A DNA stretch of 64,000 nt, taken from assembly GCF_000315625.1 (NCBI RefSeq), contig NW_005434626.1, positions 383,448 through 447,447 of the forward strand. The letters run 5' to 3'. The position numbers and the translations under genes are program-made. The notes beneath the pieces were generated by a model that was given only the letters and a program-made list of their open reading frames with translations, was not told the DNA's origin and searched no databases. Every line of letters starts with the position of its first letter. The stretch's first letter is position 1. The DNA comes from Guillardia theta CCMP2712 (lineage: Eukaryota; Protista; Cryptophyta). Positions 41,103 to 52,927 of this stretch are shown here, one piece after another.

Positions 41103-43686
41103 TCATCGAAGGCTGGTCGCCTGCACGTCGAATCCTTGTTGGCGAAGGACGGTAGCGAGCTCGGCTTCTCTCCCGTAGTACGACGAGACTAATTTTGGGA
41201 TACTCTTAATCTGCGACTCCTTCTTTCCCGCCGGCAACTTCTCATACAGCCTGTACAGACGGAGAGCGAGCTTACCCCTCGTCATGATCTGGTCACTAGG
41301 GGAGTCCAGGTCTAGACCGTACTTGTCTTGCAGGCTTCTGTTCAGGTCGCTCACCATGAACTTGTAGGAGGAGGCCACTTGCTTTGCTTTGTCTGCTTTC
41401 GCCGGATTCCAGAAGGAATAAAAGAATTTTAGCTTCTGCACAAGATCCCTTTCATCCATTTCCACACAATCCTGTTTCCCGTTCTCATTTTCAGGCTGAC
41501 AGGAAACATCTGCAGCTTCCTTCTGAGAAACAGATCGTTTCCCTGCAGAATCAGAAACCTGATGGTCAGGCACCGGCCCCAGTGACTTCCAGAATTTCAA
41601 ATGATTCAAACTGCAAGTTTTCTGTCCTTGATCGTGTTCGAAGAAATGATTTTTGGACTCCATGGGGGACGAAATGTCAAGATCTTCTTCGTGCTTGGAA
41701 TCTTTCAGCAGAAACGATTCTAGATCCGCTCCATATTTGGCCCTCAGAGTTTCATTCAGTTTGCTCGTATCATATTGATACTTTGTTAAAACTGCTTCTA
41801 CTTGGTGGACATTGGACGGCTTGTAAAAATTGTAAAATTGTGTCAATCTGTCGATCAGAACACTTGAAGAGCTCTTGTTGCTGTCCTCTTTGTTTGAATT
41901 CAAATCCTTGCCATACTTCTTCCGTAAGGATTCGTTCAGTTTTTCAACAGTATCCACATTCGATTTAGCCACCCGTTCAGCATCTTTCAATTTCGAGGGA
42001 TTTACATTCGAGTAAAATTCGACCAGCATGTCTTTAAGAGCATTGATCCTGTGTGGTAGAGAATCGTTAGAGCACGTGCTGCTTGTTTCATTTTCCTCCT
42101 GCAGAGACATGAAGCATTTCCTGCTTCTCAACTCTTCCTCACTTGCGTTCAAGCTCACACCGTATTTCTGGGTCAGAGAATGATTTAGCATTGATATGTC
42201 TTCGAAGTATCTCTTGGCCAGGGACGCGGCTTCACTCATACGAGATGGATTGATGATTTCGTAGAATTTGATCAATTTTGCCTCCAGACCCTGAGGGGTA
42301 AAGAAGTAATCGCTCGTTCCCGATTCGACCTCCTTGTCGTCAACCATGGTTGACGATCTACTCTGCTCGCTTGAATCAAAGCTTTCCTTGATGTCCTGTT
42401 GAGGGCTTTCAAGATCGTTCAGGTCAGCATTGTATGATTTCCGCAGCCGCTCGTTCAGATCACTTTCATTGCCGTGAAAATCACGCACAACATCGCGTAC
42501 ATTACTCATTTTGCTGGCGTTATACTTGGCGTAGAAGCAACGAAGTCTTGACGACAGCTTTTCTCGAGATTCAGTCCATGACTCGGCAGTCCTCACGTCC
42601 AATGTCTCTATCTCTTTGATTCTTTCGTGTACAGCCTTGATGCTGATTCTTTCGGGCACAGATGCTTGAAACATTGAGTCAAGGAGGGCATGGTACGGCT
42701 TCGAAAACCCAGGCGGTAGTCTGTTCTCAGGGGTTCTGGGCAGGCGAGTTCCTTTGACGGCCACCAATTCAGCCATCTCTTTCCGGTTGTTGAAGTCCTT
42801 GTCTTTCCATGGTATCACCTCATTGACGAGCTCCCACATGATTACACCCATGGCCCACACATCAACCTTGAGGGTCAAATCCTGCCCCTGCAGCTGTTCG
42901 GGAGCCATGTAAGCTGGACTACCAGATATCGTAGTGGATTGATAAACTTCACCAAATATTTGTCGAGAACATCCAAAGTCAGTTATCTTCACTTGCATGT
43001 CAGAGGTAAGCAGCACATTGTTTGTGCTCAAATCTCTGTGCACAATACTCAGGTCATGCAGATAACCTACTCCCGAAGCTATTTCTCGTGCAATGCTGAA
43101 TTTCTTAAGCAAAGGAAGATTCACTGTCTTACGATGAATCAAGTCGAACAAACTCCCATTGGAGCATAGCTCAAACACAAACGCTAGTTGAAAATCATCA
43201 TTACTTCCCTTAGCATCAGGGAAATTCGTTATCATTCCCTTGAATTCAACAATATTGGGATGGTTTAGAACTCGTGTCACAGCCAACTCAAGCCGAATGG
43301 AATGAAATATCTGCCTGAAACTGATCTCGCCCCTTGCCGGCCCCTGCAATGGTCATCATTTTCACCAGATTGAAGAAACACAAACTTACCTTGCATATGT
43401 GCTTCACGGCCACCGGCAGCCCATGCATTGTGCCACTGTAAATGGATCCAAACGCTCCCCTGGCAATTTCTCTTCCTTCGATGACATCTTTCGCTTTGAT
43501 TTCTCTTCCCTCCATCAGTTTTATCACTGAATAAAACTCCTGAAGCGATTTTGAGAACCCATTGCTCTTCGCCCACATCAATCGGGAATCTTCCTCTTCA
43601 CTGCTGGAAGTTTCATCGATGTCAGTGACTTCGCTCGTTTTCCTTTCCCTCTCTGAGTTGATTGCAGGAGCATTCTTGGCCTTCAT
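41103..43686 (-). CDS. TKL-family protein kinase with six C-terminal helical repeats
   Basis: IARGAFGSIYSG..VAVK|..HPNIVEF..HRDLSTNNVLL..DFG..GSPAYMAPE..DVWAMG. A single intron at about 43344-43390. Confidence 0.9.
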
Positions 43687-44429
43687 CCCGGAAAAACGTT
43701 TAGTCGGCCGAACGAACCTAAAGTCCTCTCCTGCTCAGACGTCGATCAAGATGGTATTCGTTCTAAAATTTCCAGCACAGTGCACACTCTTCCTTAGGAA
43801 ACCACCTCAATGTGGCAGATGGTATTGCTAGAGGTATTGCTATTGATCAAGGCTCGACTTCAACGAAGGAAGATCAGGGGGAGGAGAGGAGCGGAGAGGA
43901 GAGGAGCGGAGAGGAGAGGAGAGGAGAGGAGAGGAGAGGAGAGGAGAGGAGAGGAGAGGAGAGCGAAGCAGGAAGGGAGGGAGATAGGGAGGGAGATAGG
44001 GAGGGAGATAGGGAAGGAGATAGGGAGGGAGAGCAGGCAGGGATGGAGAGGACCGGTTTCCGATGAGGGTTGGGGGTGCAGTGAGGGGAGGAACAGTAGG
44101 TGGGGTAGTGCAGTACTGCATTGTAGGGTGGGTGGGACTAAAATGGCTGCAAACGTCATTCAAGGAGGGGTAGACGAGGGTATGAGGGGGTGGTCATCGC
44201 AATTCTTGTTCAATTACCCTCTCTTTCCCCATCCCTAACCCCTCTGTGATGGGGGTTATATCCCGTGAAAAAAGTTGAAGGGGGGAGGTGGAAAGGTAAG
44301 CAACCTACGGTTAAAAAAGTTACTACCGATGTAGAGTAGGTTGGTGGTATCGAGCACCCCCTGTACCCCAGGAATTTACCGCTGAAACCCCAGATAATGT
44401 CCTTAATGGGGTGGGTAGTGATTTCGGAA

Positions 44430-45490
44430 GAGTCACGCCGCCGGACTCATCATGTAGAAAGGGTGCATGCGGTCTTCGTGGTCATCATTGAGGGGGGTGG
44501 GTAGGGGATTTAGTTGACAAGGGCAGGGGATTTGAGGGTAGGGTACTCGCAGAACGGTACGTGCGTGCCGCCGGTGGGAATGGCACCACGTGAAGATCAG
44601 ACGCCGACTGGGGGGTCCGGTACTCAGAATGCCAGTCAACCCACCGGTCATTGATACCGCCAAGTGTATGACAGGTCAGGGTAGCGCAGCAGTGGTACCC
44701 GGTCATCATGGTCGGGTCACCACTGGGGCAGGTACCGTAGTACTACCGGGTGGTACCTCTCACTGACTGTCCCTGAACCGTACGGTACCGGGGGGGTGTA
44801 GGAGGGGCGGAATTGCCGCCCAGTCTACAAGGTCGGTGCTGGGACCGTTAACGGTAGTACCGTACGAGCCTTGAAGGCGAAATGACTGATAACTTGAACT
44901 ACTACCGGGTACCTCGGGCCAGTACCCCCCCTTCTTGTCGGAGTGCTGTTTGATGACCGAGCCTCCGAGAGCGGCGCCGAGACCAGGGGTTACTAGTTAC
45001 GTAGTACTGCCAAGATCGGACCACCATGACACTACCAGGGGTCACCAGTGGTGGAGGACCGGTGGCAGGCACTGGACAGTAGCCTTGGACCTTCGGATAT
45101 GGCACGAAGATATTCAGGGTGGTGGGGTTAATTCCGGCAGCGTGACCCCCACTTAAATTAGCCTGCCACCCGTGACCCGGGAGGTACCGTACTTGAATCG
45201 GTCAATTGTACCCCTGTACCCCACGTTTCATTGGCGGGGACCGGGTCTTCCGAAGTTGAAGTTGGCGCCCGCCATCAGTTGACTCATCCGATGGCCTTTG
45301 CCCGACTGTAGGGGTGGGGCTTGCGGCATAACATGAGCCTGGGAGGTACTACCGGTCCTATGCTTGGGTGCGAAACTGAGTACCCCCGTATCCCGAGTCC
45401 GTGCCGTTAAAAACTCAAAGAGAGGGAGGCCCATGGAGGCTTGAAGGGTCGGAAAGGGGGTAGGGGGTAGGGGGTAGGGGGTACAGTACG
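44430..45490. promoter_or_regulatory. Island and GGGGTA-rich divergent promoter region, including G4-type (GGGGGTA)3GGGGG at 45456-45481
   Basis: Lies between the divergent kinase and EEP genes; rich in gtac and ccgg words. Confidence 0.45.
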
Positions 45491-45617
45491 GTACAAGTCT
45501 GAACTTTCCGCATAGCGGAAAAAGTACTCAAGTTTTTTTGAGAACTTTGACTGCCACAAAGTTTGAAAATTTCATTTGAGCTCCAAGAGATTGTCGGGGA
45601 GGCAAACACAGGCGAAC

Positions 45618-48216
45618 ATGGCGGGGGTAGTGGGGACGTTGAACATGATGGGAGAAAGCTACAACTTCCTTGAGTTTGCTGATGACAACAAGCGCAATCA
45701 AGATCAAGATGAACAAGAATGTATTGTATTGTAGATGCCTGAGACAGGAGAAGTGATCATGATGCTTCGCAGCCTGGATTCAACGATATGGGAGGATCTT
45801 GGAGAGGTTCAAGATTTTGAAGTCTGCAGATGTCGTGAGGGAAGCTGAAGCCATTGGCTTCAAACTGCAAGTGGTGATGAATGTTTGTGGGCTGCTCATT
45901 CGGTCGGCTGTTGTCCTGAGAAATGCAATCCCAGGCTCTGCACAATGAACTGTTCTTCCAAGAATGTACCGAAGAATTTCTGCAACGAGACAACAAGATG
46001 GCCCTGACTAACCGCACCAACCTCATCGTATGCGGAGCAAAACCAGTCCATGGCGATGGGACTCCGTTGTTTCTTCATGCCAAGAACTGGAGAGCTCTGA
46101 TGAAGGTCAGAGTCAGCATGGAGGAAAGCGGAACTCACAGCCCAACAGGACCAAGTCGTGCATTATCACGAGAATCTCAAGGATCACTGCATGGTGATAG
46201 TTTCCTCCTCCTGCTCCTCCTCCTCCTCCTCCTCCTCCTCCTCCTCCTCCTCCTCCTCTTCCTTTTCTATGCTGCAGCTGTAATTGAACCTAATGGAGTA
46301 AGGCGCTGTGGGACGTTGCATGTAACCTGGCGGCGGAGGGTTGTCACGGTTCGTCTTTGCCTCGAGTGGCATGGGAGGCCAGTGATGGTGGGGATCGCAG
46401 GCGACTACCTTTCTCTTGGCAGAGAATCCTATCTCAACCCGGACAACTTCGTTGTAAGCCGCTTGTCCCCGGCATCGCATTACGCTGAAGGGCAGAGCGC
46501 GTGCAGGAGAATTACAGGAAGTTGCTGGAGCCGTTAGGTGAGGCTGAACATGATTTACGTGCTTGCTGAAGGATGGTTTCGATTGACGAGTGTGCTTGTA
46601 AGGATCATCATCAAGTTTTGTCCTGGCAGTGCAGGTCAGCACGAATCGCTCGTGTCATGGATGGGTGTGAAGAGACTCGCAGGAGTATCCGGCGCCGGGG
46701 TCAGCAAGACACGCAGCCTTGCAGACAGTGTTGGAAGAGCGAGGATATCACGTTTATGAGGTTGTTTCTGCTACCGATGACCCTCGAGACGCTGAAGAAG
46801 CTGCAGGGTGAGGGGCAGGCGTTTATATGCTCCCATCCCTGTGCTTCTCCGAGGGATGTCAAGACCAGCCCGCTCGGTAGAAGAGAAGGGGCGGGGGAGA
46901 GCAGGACAGCAGGGAGGGGAGGAGGAGAGGGGAAGGGGGGCGGGGGAAGGAAAGTAGGGCGGGGGGAGGAGGATGGGGGAGGTGAACATTGTGAACCATG
47001 TGAACGAGGTGGTAGGATGCGACAGAGAGGAACTGCTTCGAGGAGTCGGAGGGTCATTGGAGGTGAGGGACGTCCAGGAGTTAGAGGGACTGACGGCTGC
47101 GACAAATCAAGGAGGAGCCATGCAGCGAAGATTGGGAGCGATTCCGTACAACAGCGAGGAAGACGATGGTGGTGGAGGAGAGTTTGTTCGTGCGTGAGTT
47201 TTGCCGAGGAGACTCTCGACATCGGAGACAAGCTGAGAGTGATCAACGTACACGTCAAGGTCAGCTGGGAGGCAGATGACTGTATGAGTCTGCACTCTTG
47301 ACTTGTTGATGGACTGTTGTGATGGTCGAGAGGATGGATCAGGGATGGGAATGATCACGACGATGAATATGAATGATTGCAAATGAAACAATGACTCTTT
47401 GCAAGGAGCTCAAGACAGAAGCTGGAACAAAATTTCTTGCAGACTACATGAGAAGTCTTTGCCATTCAGGTCTTTGTCATGAGTTCAATCCTGTGGTGTT
47501 TGACATTTCCAACAAAGAAAGGATCAACTTTCTGTTAGCGGATACCAACATTCCCAACTCTTCCAAGGTTTTCCTCTCCCGCTCTGTCCCACTCCCACTC
47601 TCACTCGCTCACTGCAGGTTGAAACCTTTTCTGCTCGCGCCGCTGCACTCGGACTCCGCGTCTTTCCCTCCGGGTGCGGCGTCTAGAGAGCTGAGGAAGT
47701 AGCATGTGGAGGAGTGGATCAGGGTCCAGACGAGCGAAGGAGGAGGAGGAGCGAACGAGGGGGAGGACGGAGGGAGGGGACGAGGAGGAGGATGTTGATG
47801 GGTTGGCAGCGTGACGACAAGAAAGAAGCGGACGGAACTTCATGGGCAGATGTACGACGCTCGCAAGTGCCTGAAGGTGATCTGATCGGTTCCTGTCGCT
47901 TCCAACGAATTGCAGGTGGTCGAGGCAAGGAAGGACTTCTGCCTCTGCTGGGCTGCAAGTGAGCTGAGAGAGCAGCTGGAGTCGTCGCAGAGTAGCTGGC
48001 AAGTCAAGGTGTCTCCTGGTGAAAGACTGAGTGCGGTGTTTGCGGCTGATGCATGCTATGCCAGAGCTGGGCGAGGACGGGGAAATGGTGAGCACATGAG
48101 GAGAGGAGGGGAGAGTGACAGTTGGTCAGCTGCTCCCGAATGCTCACTGGCCGACGGATCACGCCATGCTGAGCGTGCAGGTTGAGCTACTTCCGCAGCT
48201 GCTCTCGTCGGTCTGA
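45618..48216 (+). CDS. Endonuclease/exonuclease/phosphatase (EEP) family hydrolase, multi-exon
   Basis: Ordered EEP motifs recovered by splicing: VVGTLNM, LFFQEC, RVINVHVK, LLADTNI, RKDFCL, WPTDHAMLSV. Confidence 0.78.
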
Positions 48217-48726
48217 GCTCGGCAGGAGGTAGGGAGGAGCTTCAATCGCCAGCTCTAAGTTGTTCCATCTCTCTCCTCCTGTGCTCGTCTTCCTTTCTCG
48301 TCTTCCTTTCTCTTTCCCACCGAGCGAGGGATTCGAGACCGTCCGTGCTGTCTTGACCCTTGCTTGCCATACTCTCTTGACCTTCTCTTGCCATGCTCCT
48401 CTTCGCATGCGCTCTCACCCGCGTCAACCTCCGCACAGAGTTGCCTTATCATCTCCTCCCCGCCCCTTCTTCATCCCGCCCTCTCCTCCCACTCTCCTCC
48501 TTGTCCCTCAAATTCCTGTCTACTTTTCTGCATATGCATCTCTCTATTTGTCTCTTTCTGTCCCCACCCACCACCCACATTCCCTCTCCCTCCCTCTCCC
48601 TCTCCCTCTCCCTCTCCCTCTCCCTCTCCCTCTCCCTCTCCCTCTCCCTCTCCCTCTCCCTCTCCCTCTTTCCCTCCGTCTTCGTCTCCCTCTCCCTCTC
48701 CCTCCCCCTCTCTCCCTGCCTTGTCC

Positions 48727-48763
<37 letters not shown>

Positions 48764-49468
48764 CCGCACCGCGATTTCTTGACACTCTTTGTCACCAGAA
48801 GGTTGAGGTCCAACAAATCGAACTCTCACAAAACATCATGCTGCGCACATCTTCCGCACCCCCTGCTTCTCCTGTGATAGGTTCACCAGGACCCTCAGTC
48901 CGGCTGCCTGCGCACGAGGATACTCATGACAATCTCGCATCACCTTGACAGTCGCCTCGATCCCTCCTCTCGCTGCAATCTCTCTCCGTCTCTGCTCGTC
49001 CTCCGAGAGGTATTTCAGCACCGTCAGCGCATCCATCGCCATCGCTCGCTCATCCAATATGCTCGAGGAGATGGAGAGCAACTCCAGTCCTTGTCGCTGC
49101 TCATTCCCGTCTACTTTTAGCCCCTGCATCCACGAGACCGCAAACGCTCCCACCTCCTCAATCGCCAGGACTGACTTGCGATCCTCCTCCTGCTGAGATA
49201 CTGTCACCAACATCTGCAACCCTAGAGCCTGTATCCATCTATCTCCTAGGGCGCGTAGAGAATTTCTCCTCCTTGTCGTCACAGCGTCCTGGAAGTGTCC
49301 CAATAGAAAATTTCCTCGTCCTCTTCTACGATGTTCCGGAGATCCTTCAGCTCCGAGTCAACGAGCTGGAGCAGGGAGGGGAGAGGGGGAGGAAAGAAGG
49401 AAGGGCACATGTGGGAAAACAGCAAGAGGGATGAGAGCGAGCACGAGAGGAATGAGGTCAAGAGAAGG

Positions 49469-49555
<87 letters not shown>

Positions 49556-52500
49556 CTAAGAGCAAGTATCTCACGGCCTCAGTAAACGTGGGTCTGCTTG
49601 CGGTCTCGTACACGAAGTTGAGCTTCACGTGCAATCTTGACAAGTGCCTCATAGCACCTTCTAGCTCCTGCACCAGTAGCGTCAGAAGATGGACGGGAGG
49701 GAAGAGACAAGGACCATGAAGATGACGTCATTCCTCTCTCGCGCTAATGTGAGCTCCTGCGATGCAAGATCAGCTGTGGATCGCGGAGGAGGAGGAGGAG
49801 GAGGAGGAGAAGTGGTGGTGGTGGTGGTGGTGGTGGAGGAGGAGGAGGAGGTGGTGGTGGTGGTGGTGGTGGTGGAGGAGGAGGAGGAGGAGGAGGAGGA
49901 TCAGGACGAGGACGAGGACGAGGACGAGGAAGAAGGAGGCTGACTTTGTCGATGAAGTCAAGACACGTCATGCATCTGTCTCGCAGTCTGAGAGCAGTGG
50001 AGCGGATGGATGGGCCGTGTGTGTTGTTGAGGAACATCTCGAATTCCTGGCAGGAGCAGAATCAAAGGGGAGGAAGAAAAGTGTCGATCCTCACCTTGGC
50101 TTCTTGCCACACAGAGCTGAGGGTCATGGAGGACAAAGCTTCTTCCTCCCTGCTTGCGAGAAAGTCAGGCGAGCATCAGGAACGTACGCAGGTCGACTTG
50201 GAGCTCGTTGTCATGGTGCCGTTCGCCTCAGCCCGGTAACTGCAAAGGGGACAAGCGAGGCAGCGTCAGAGAGGACGAGGAGGGGGAAGGGGAATAAAAG
50301 ATGGGGTAGAGGAGAAAGGAGAAAGGAAGCAGACAGGAGGAGATGAAGGCAAAGAGGAAGCAGACAGGAGGAGATGAGGAGGAGGTAAGAGGAAAGATGA
50401 AGAGGAGGTGGTACCCGTGCATTGAATTTGGAGGAAAGATGAAGACTTTATCCTCCCATGTTATGGAGAACGCAACTTCCTGGAAGCAACCACGTCAGTG
50501 ATGCTGATTCCTCTCCGTCTCATTCTTCATACCTCCTCCTCCCCCTCGTACTCAACCCACTTGTCCTCCCGCTCATCGTAGCGCCGTTTCACCAGAGGCT
50601 TCCCATCGACCTAGGAGGATCCGTGAACGTTGGACCGGGGCAGTAGGAGCAGGGCAAATGGGCAAGGAAGAGATGCAGGAGAGAAAAACGGAGCGACTGA
50701 AGGATAATCGGCGTCATCGTCATCGTCATCATTGTCATCACCACAACTCTCGCTATCATCGCCCCCGCCACGACCACCACAAGCAGCAGCAGCAACGAGA
50801 GGGATCGTTGTTATCTCAGGCAATGGAGGGATAAGTGGGACTGCAGCTGGTTATCTCACAATCCATCGAGTTCCGGGGGGATACGTCTTGGTGTTCCTGC
50901 TCAACCTCACGAGCATCTCCTTCCTGCTCCTCTCGTGCAACTCGCGCACTAGCTCGCCCTGAACCGTGATTACATGGGATTTGGAAGGGGGGGGGAGGAG
51001 GAGGGAGGGAGGGAGGAGGAGGAGGAGAAGGAGGAGGACGAGGAGGCGATAGTGGTGGTGGTGGAGAGGTTGTCACGGAAGAAGCAGGAGACAGAAAGGA
51101 GTTAACCTTGATCTTCCAAAGGTGATCGAGCACGTCTTCTCTTGACTGGCATCGAGTCATCGCGATCATCCAGCTCCTCCTCCACCACCACCTTCTTGTT
51201 GGAGTACTTGAGCATACCATTTTGAAGAGCTTCTTCCGCCGCAGCAGGACACTTCTGAGAGACTGGAACTTCAGCTCTGTCCAGCACTTTCTCCACCTAC
51301 CTGGGCATCAACGGACAAGGCGTACAGAGGACGTTTGATGATGGCGTAATCGCAGGCTCTGCTGACTTCCCCACTGTACACGTTAGGAGGGAGTCGAAAG
51401 GAGTTCCATATGGGCGGCGACGAAGGGCTCCAGCGCGGCTTGCTATCGCCACCCTGCTCACCGCGGTCATGGTGGGGAGAACCGAGTCTGACAAAATGGT
51501 GCGGGGAACAGAGCCGGGCTATGGCGCAAGAGGTTATTGATGAGAGATGATTGAATACCTTGCTCGCGTCTCGTCTCACGGAATCGAAGCTGCCGTCTTG
51601 CAATCCTGGAATGTTCCGGAGTATCGACATGATCTCTTCGTTTTCCGCGCCCTCCTCCTCGTCGTCGTCGTCGTAGCTGGGCTCGTCTCCCCGCTGCTCT
51701 CCTCCCTCTTCGCCTGACATCTTCCTCCTCCGGTTCTCCCTGTACTTTTCGTATATCTCAGCCCCTACCTCCCTCATCGCTTCCTGGAACGAGCGAGCCT
51801 GATCTCCGCTCTTGATGTAATCCACGAGATTGTTGCCTGGCTGTTCGACGCCTGGCAAAGCTGTAGCCGGCTGTCGATGCTTCTCCTCCACTCTCTCCTG
51901 CAGACGTTCTTTCCTCAAAGACCTCGCTGCGATGGCCTGCGATATCTGCCTGATCTTCTCCTGCTGCTCGCCACGAGGATCGATAATTCGTACATCCTCG
52001 GGAGAGCGTAGCGGGAATCCTATCCTCTGCTCGGTCTGTACATCGTCGAGCACGTCTGCTTGCGACCACCGAGCCTTGAGCTGGTTGATGGTTGCTTGCA
52101 ACTGCACAATCTCCTGCAGAATCTTGGAATACTGGTTCTCCCCTTCCAGGCTGTATGCTCTCTGTGCATCGGATGCCTTCAAAAACAATTCTTTCAGCTG
52201 CTTCTCCAACTTTGCAATCTCATCATCGATCGACACACGAGGGACTTGCACTTCCTCCTTCACGGTCTGATGCGTGTACTCCGCAGGAGGTGGGAGCACT
52301 TCGTCAAAGGAGATCTCGTCAAGAGGTTGCGACGAGGATAGGCAGGACCCCAGCAAGACTCGCCGCCCCAGGTGCTCGATTCCAGGCGTCATGCTAAAGT
52401 CGACCACACAGAATCGCCCTCCTGCCACAACTTCCTCCACGAACATCCCAACCTTCCCCAGCGTTGGTTTCAGTCCAGTGCTCCACCCCTACTCGCCCTT

Positions 52501-52927
52501 CACCGAACCTCCATTCAGCAAGCAACAACTACCTTCTTCGCCATCTTCAATGGCGCATCTTCAGACACCTTGACCCAGTCACCCTCCTTGAAGTCGAGCT
52601 CTATCATAGCAACGTGCTCGGTCACCATACAAACAACAAGAATGTCTCGCTCACCATCATCGCCCATCAGCAAATCTTGAATGCTCGGACAGCAAGCTGC
52701 AGGGGAGGCTCAAAGTTGCGCACAGGGATCGACGCCGCACCTTTCTTTCTCAGTGCATTGCGGCTGCCCGTTGCTGGATGAATCACCAGCTTTCTGATGC
52801 TGATAACGCTGACGAACCCAGCAACAGATTGAGGTGAGGAGAAAAGATGAATGTTAACAAGAAATATCAAGAGAACTTGCAATGATCTGGTGTATCCACG
52901 AGATCCACTACCATCAAGGCGAACCAT
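48187..52927 (-). CDS. Large multi-exon protein: plastid-type presequence, Mind-bomb-type SH3_15-like domain, coiled coil, C-terminal ARM repeat (may be two genes)
   Basis: [22 protein letters not shown]|F presequence; [20 protein letters not shown]|[17 protein letters not shown]; [35 protein letters not shown]. Confidence 0.55.
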
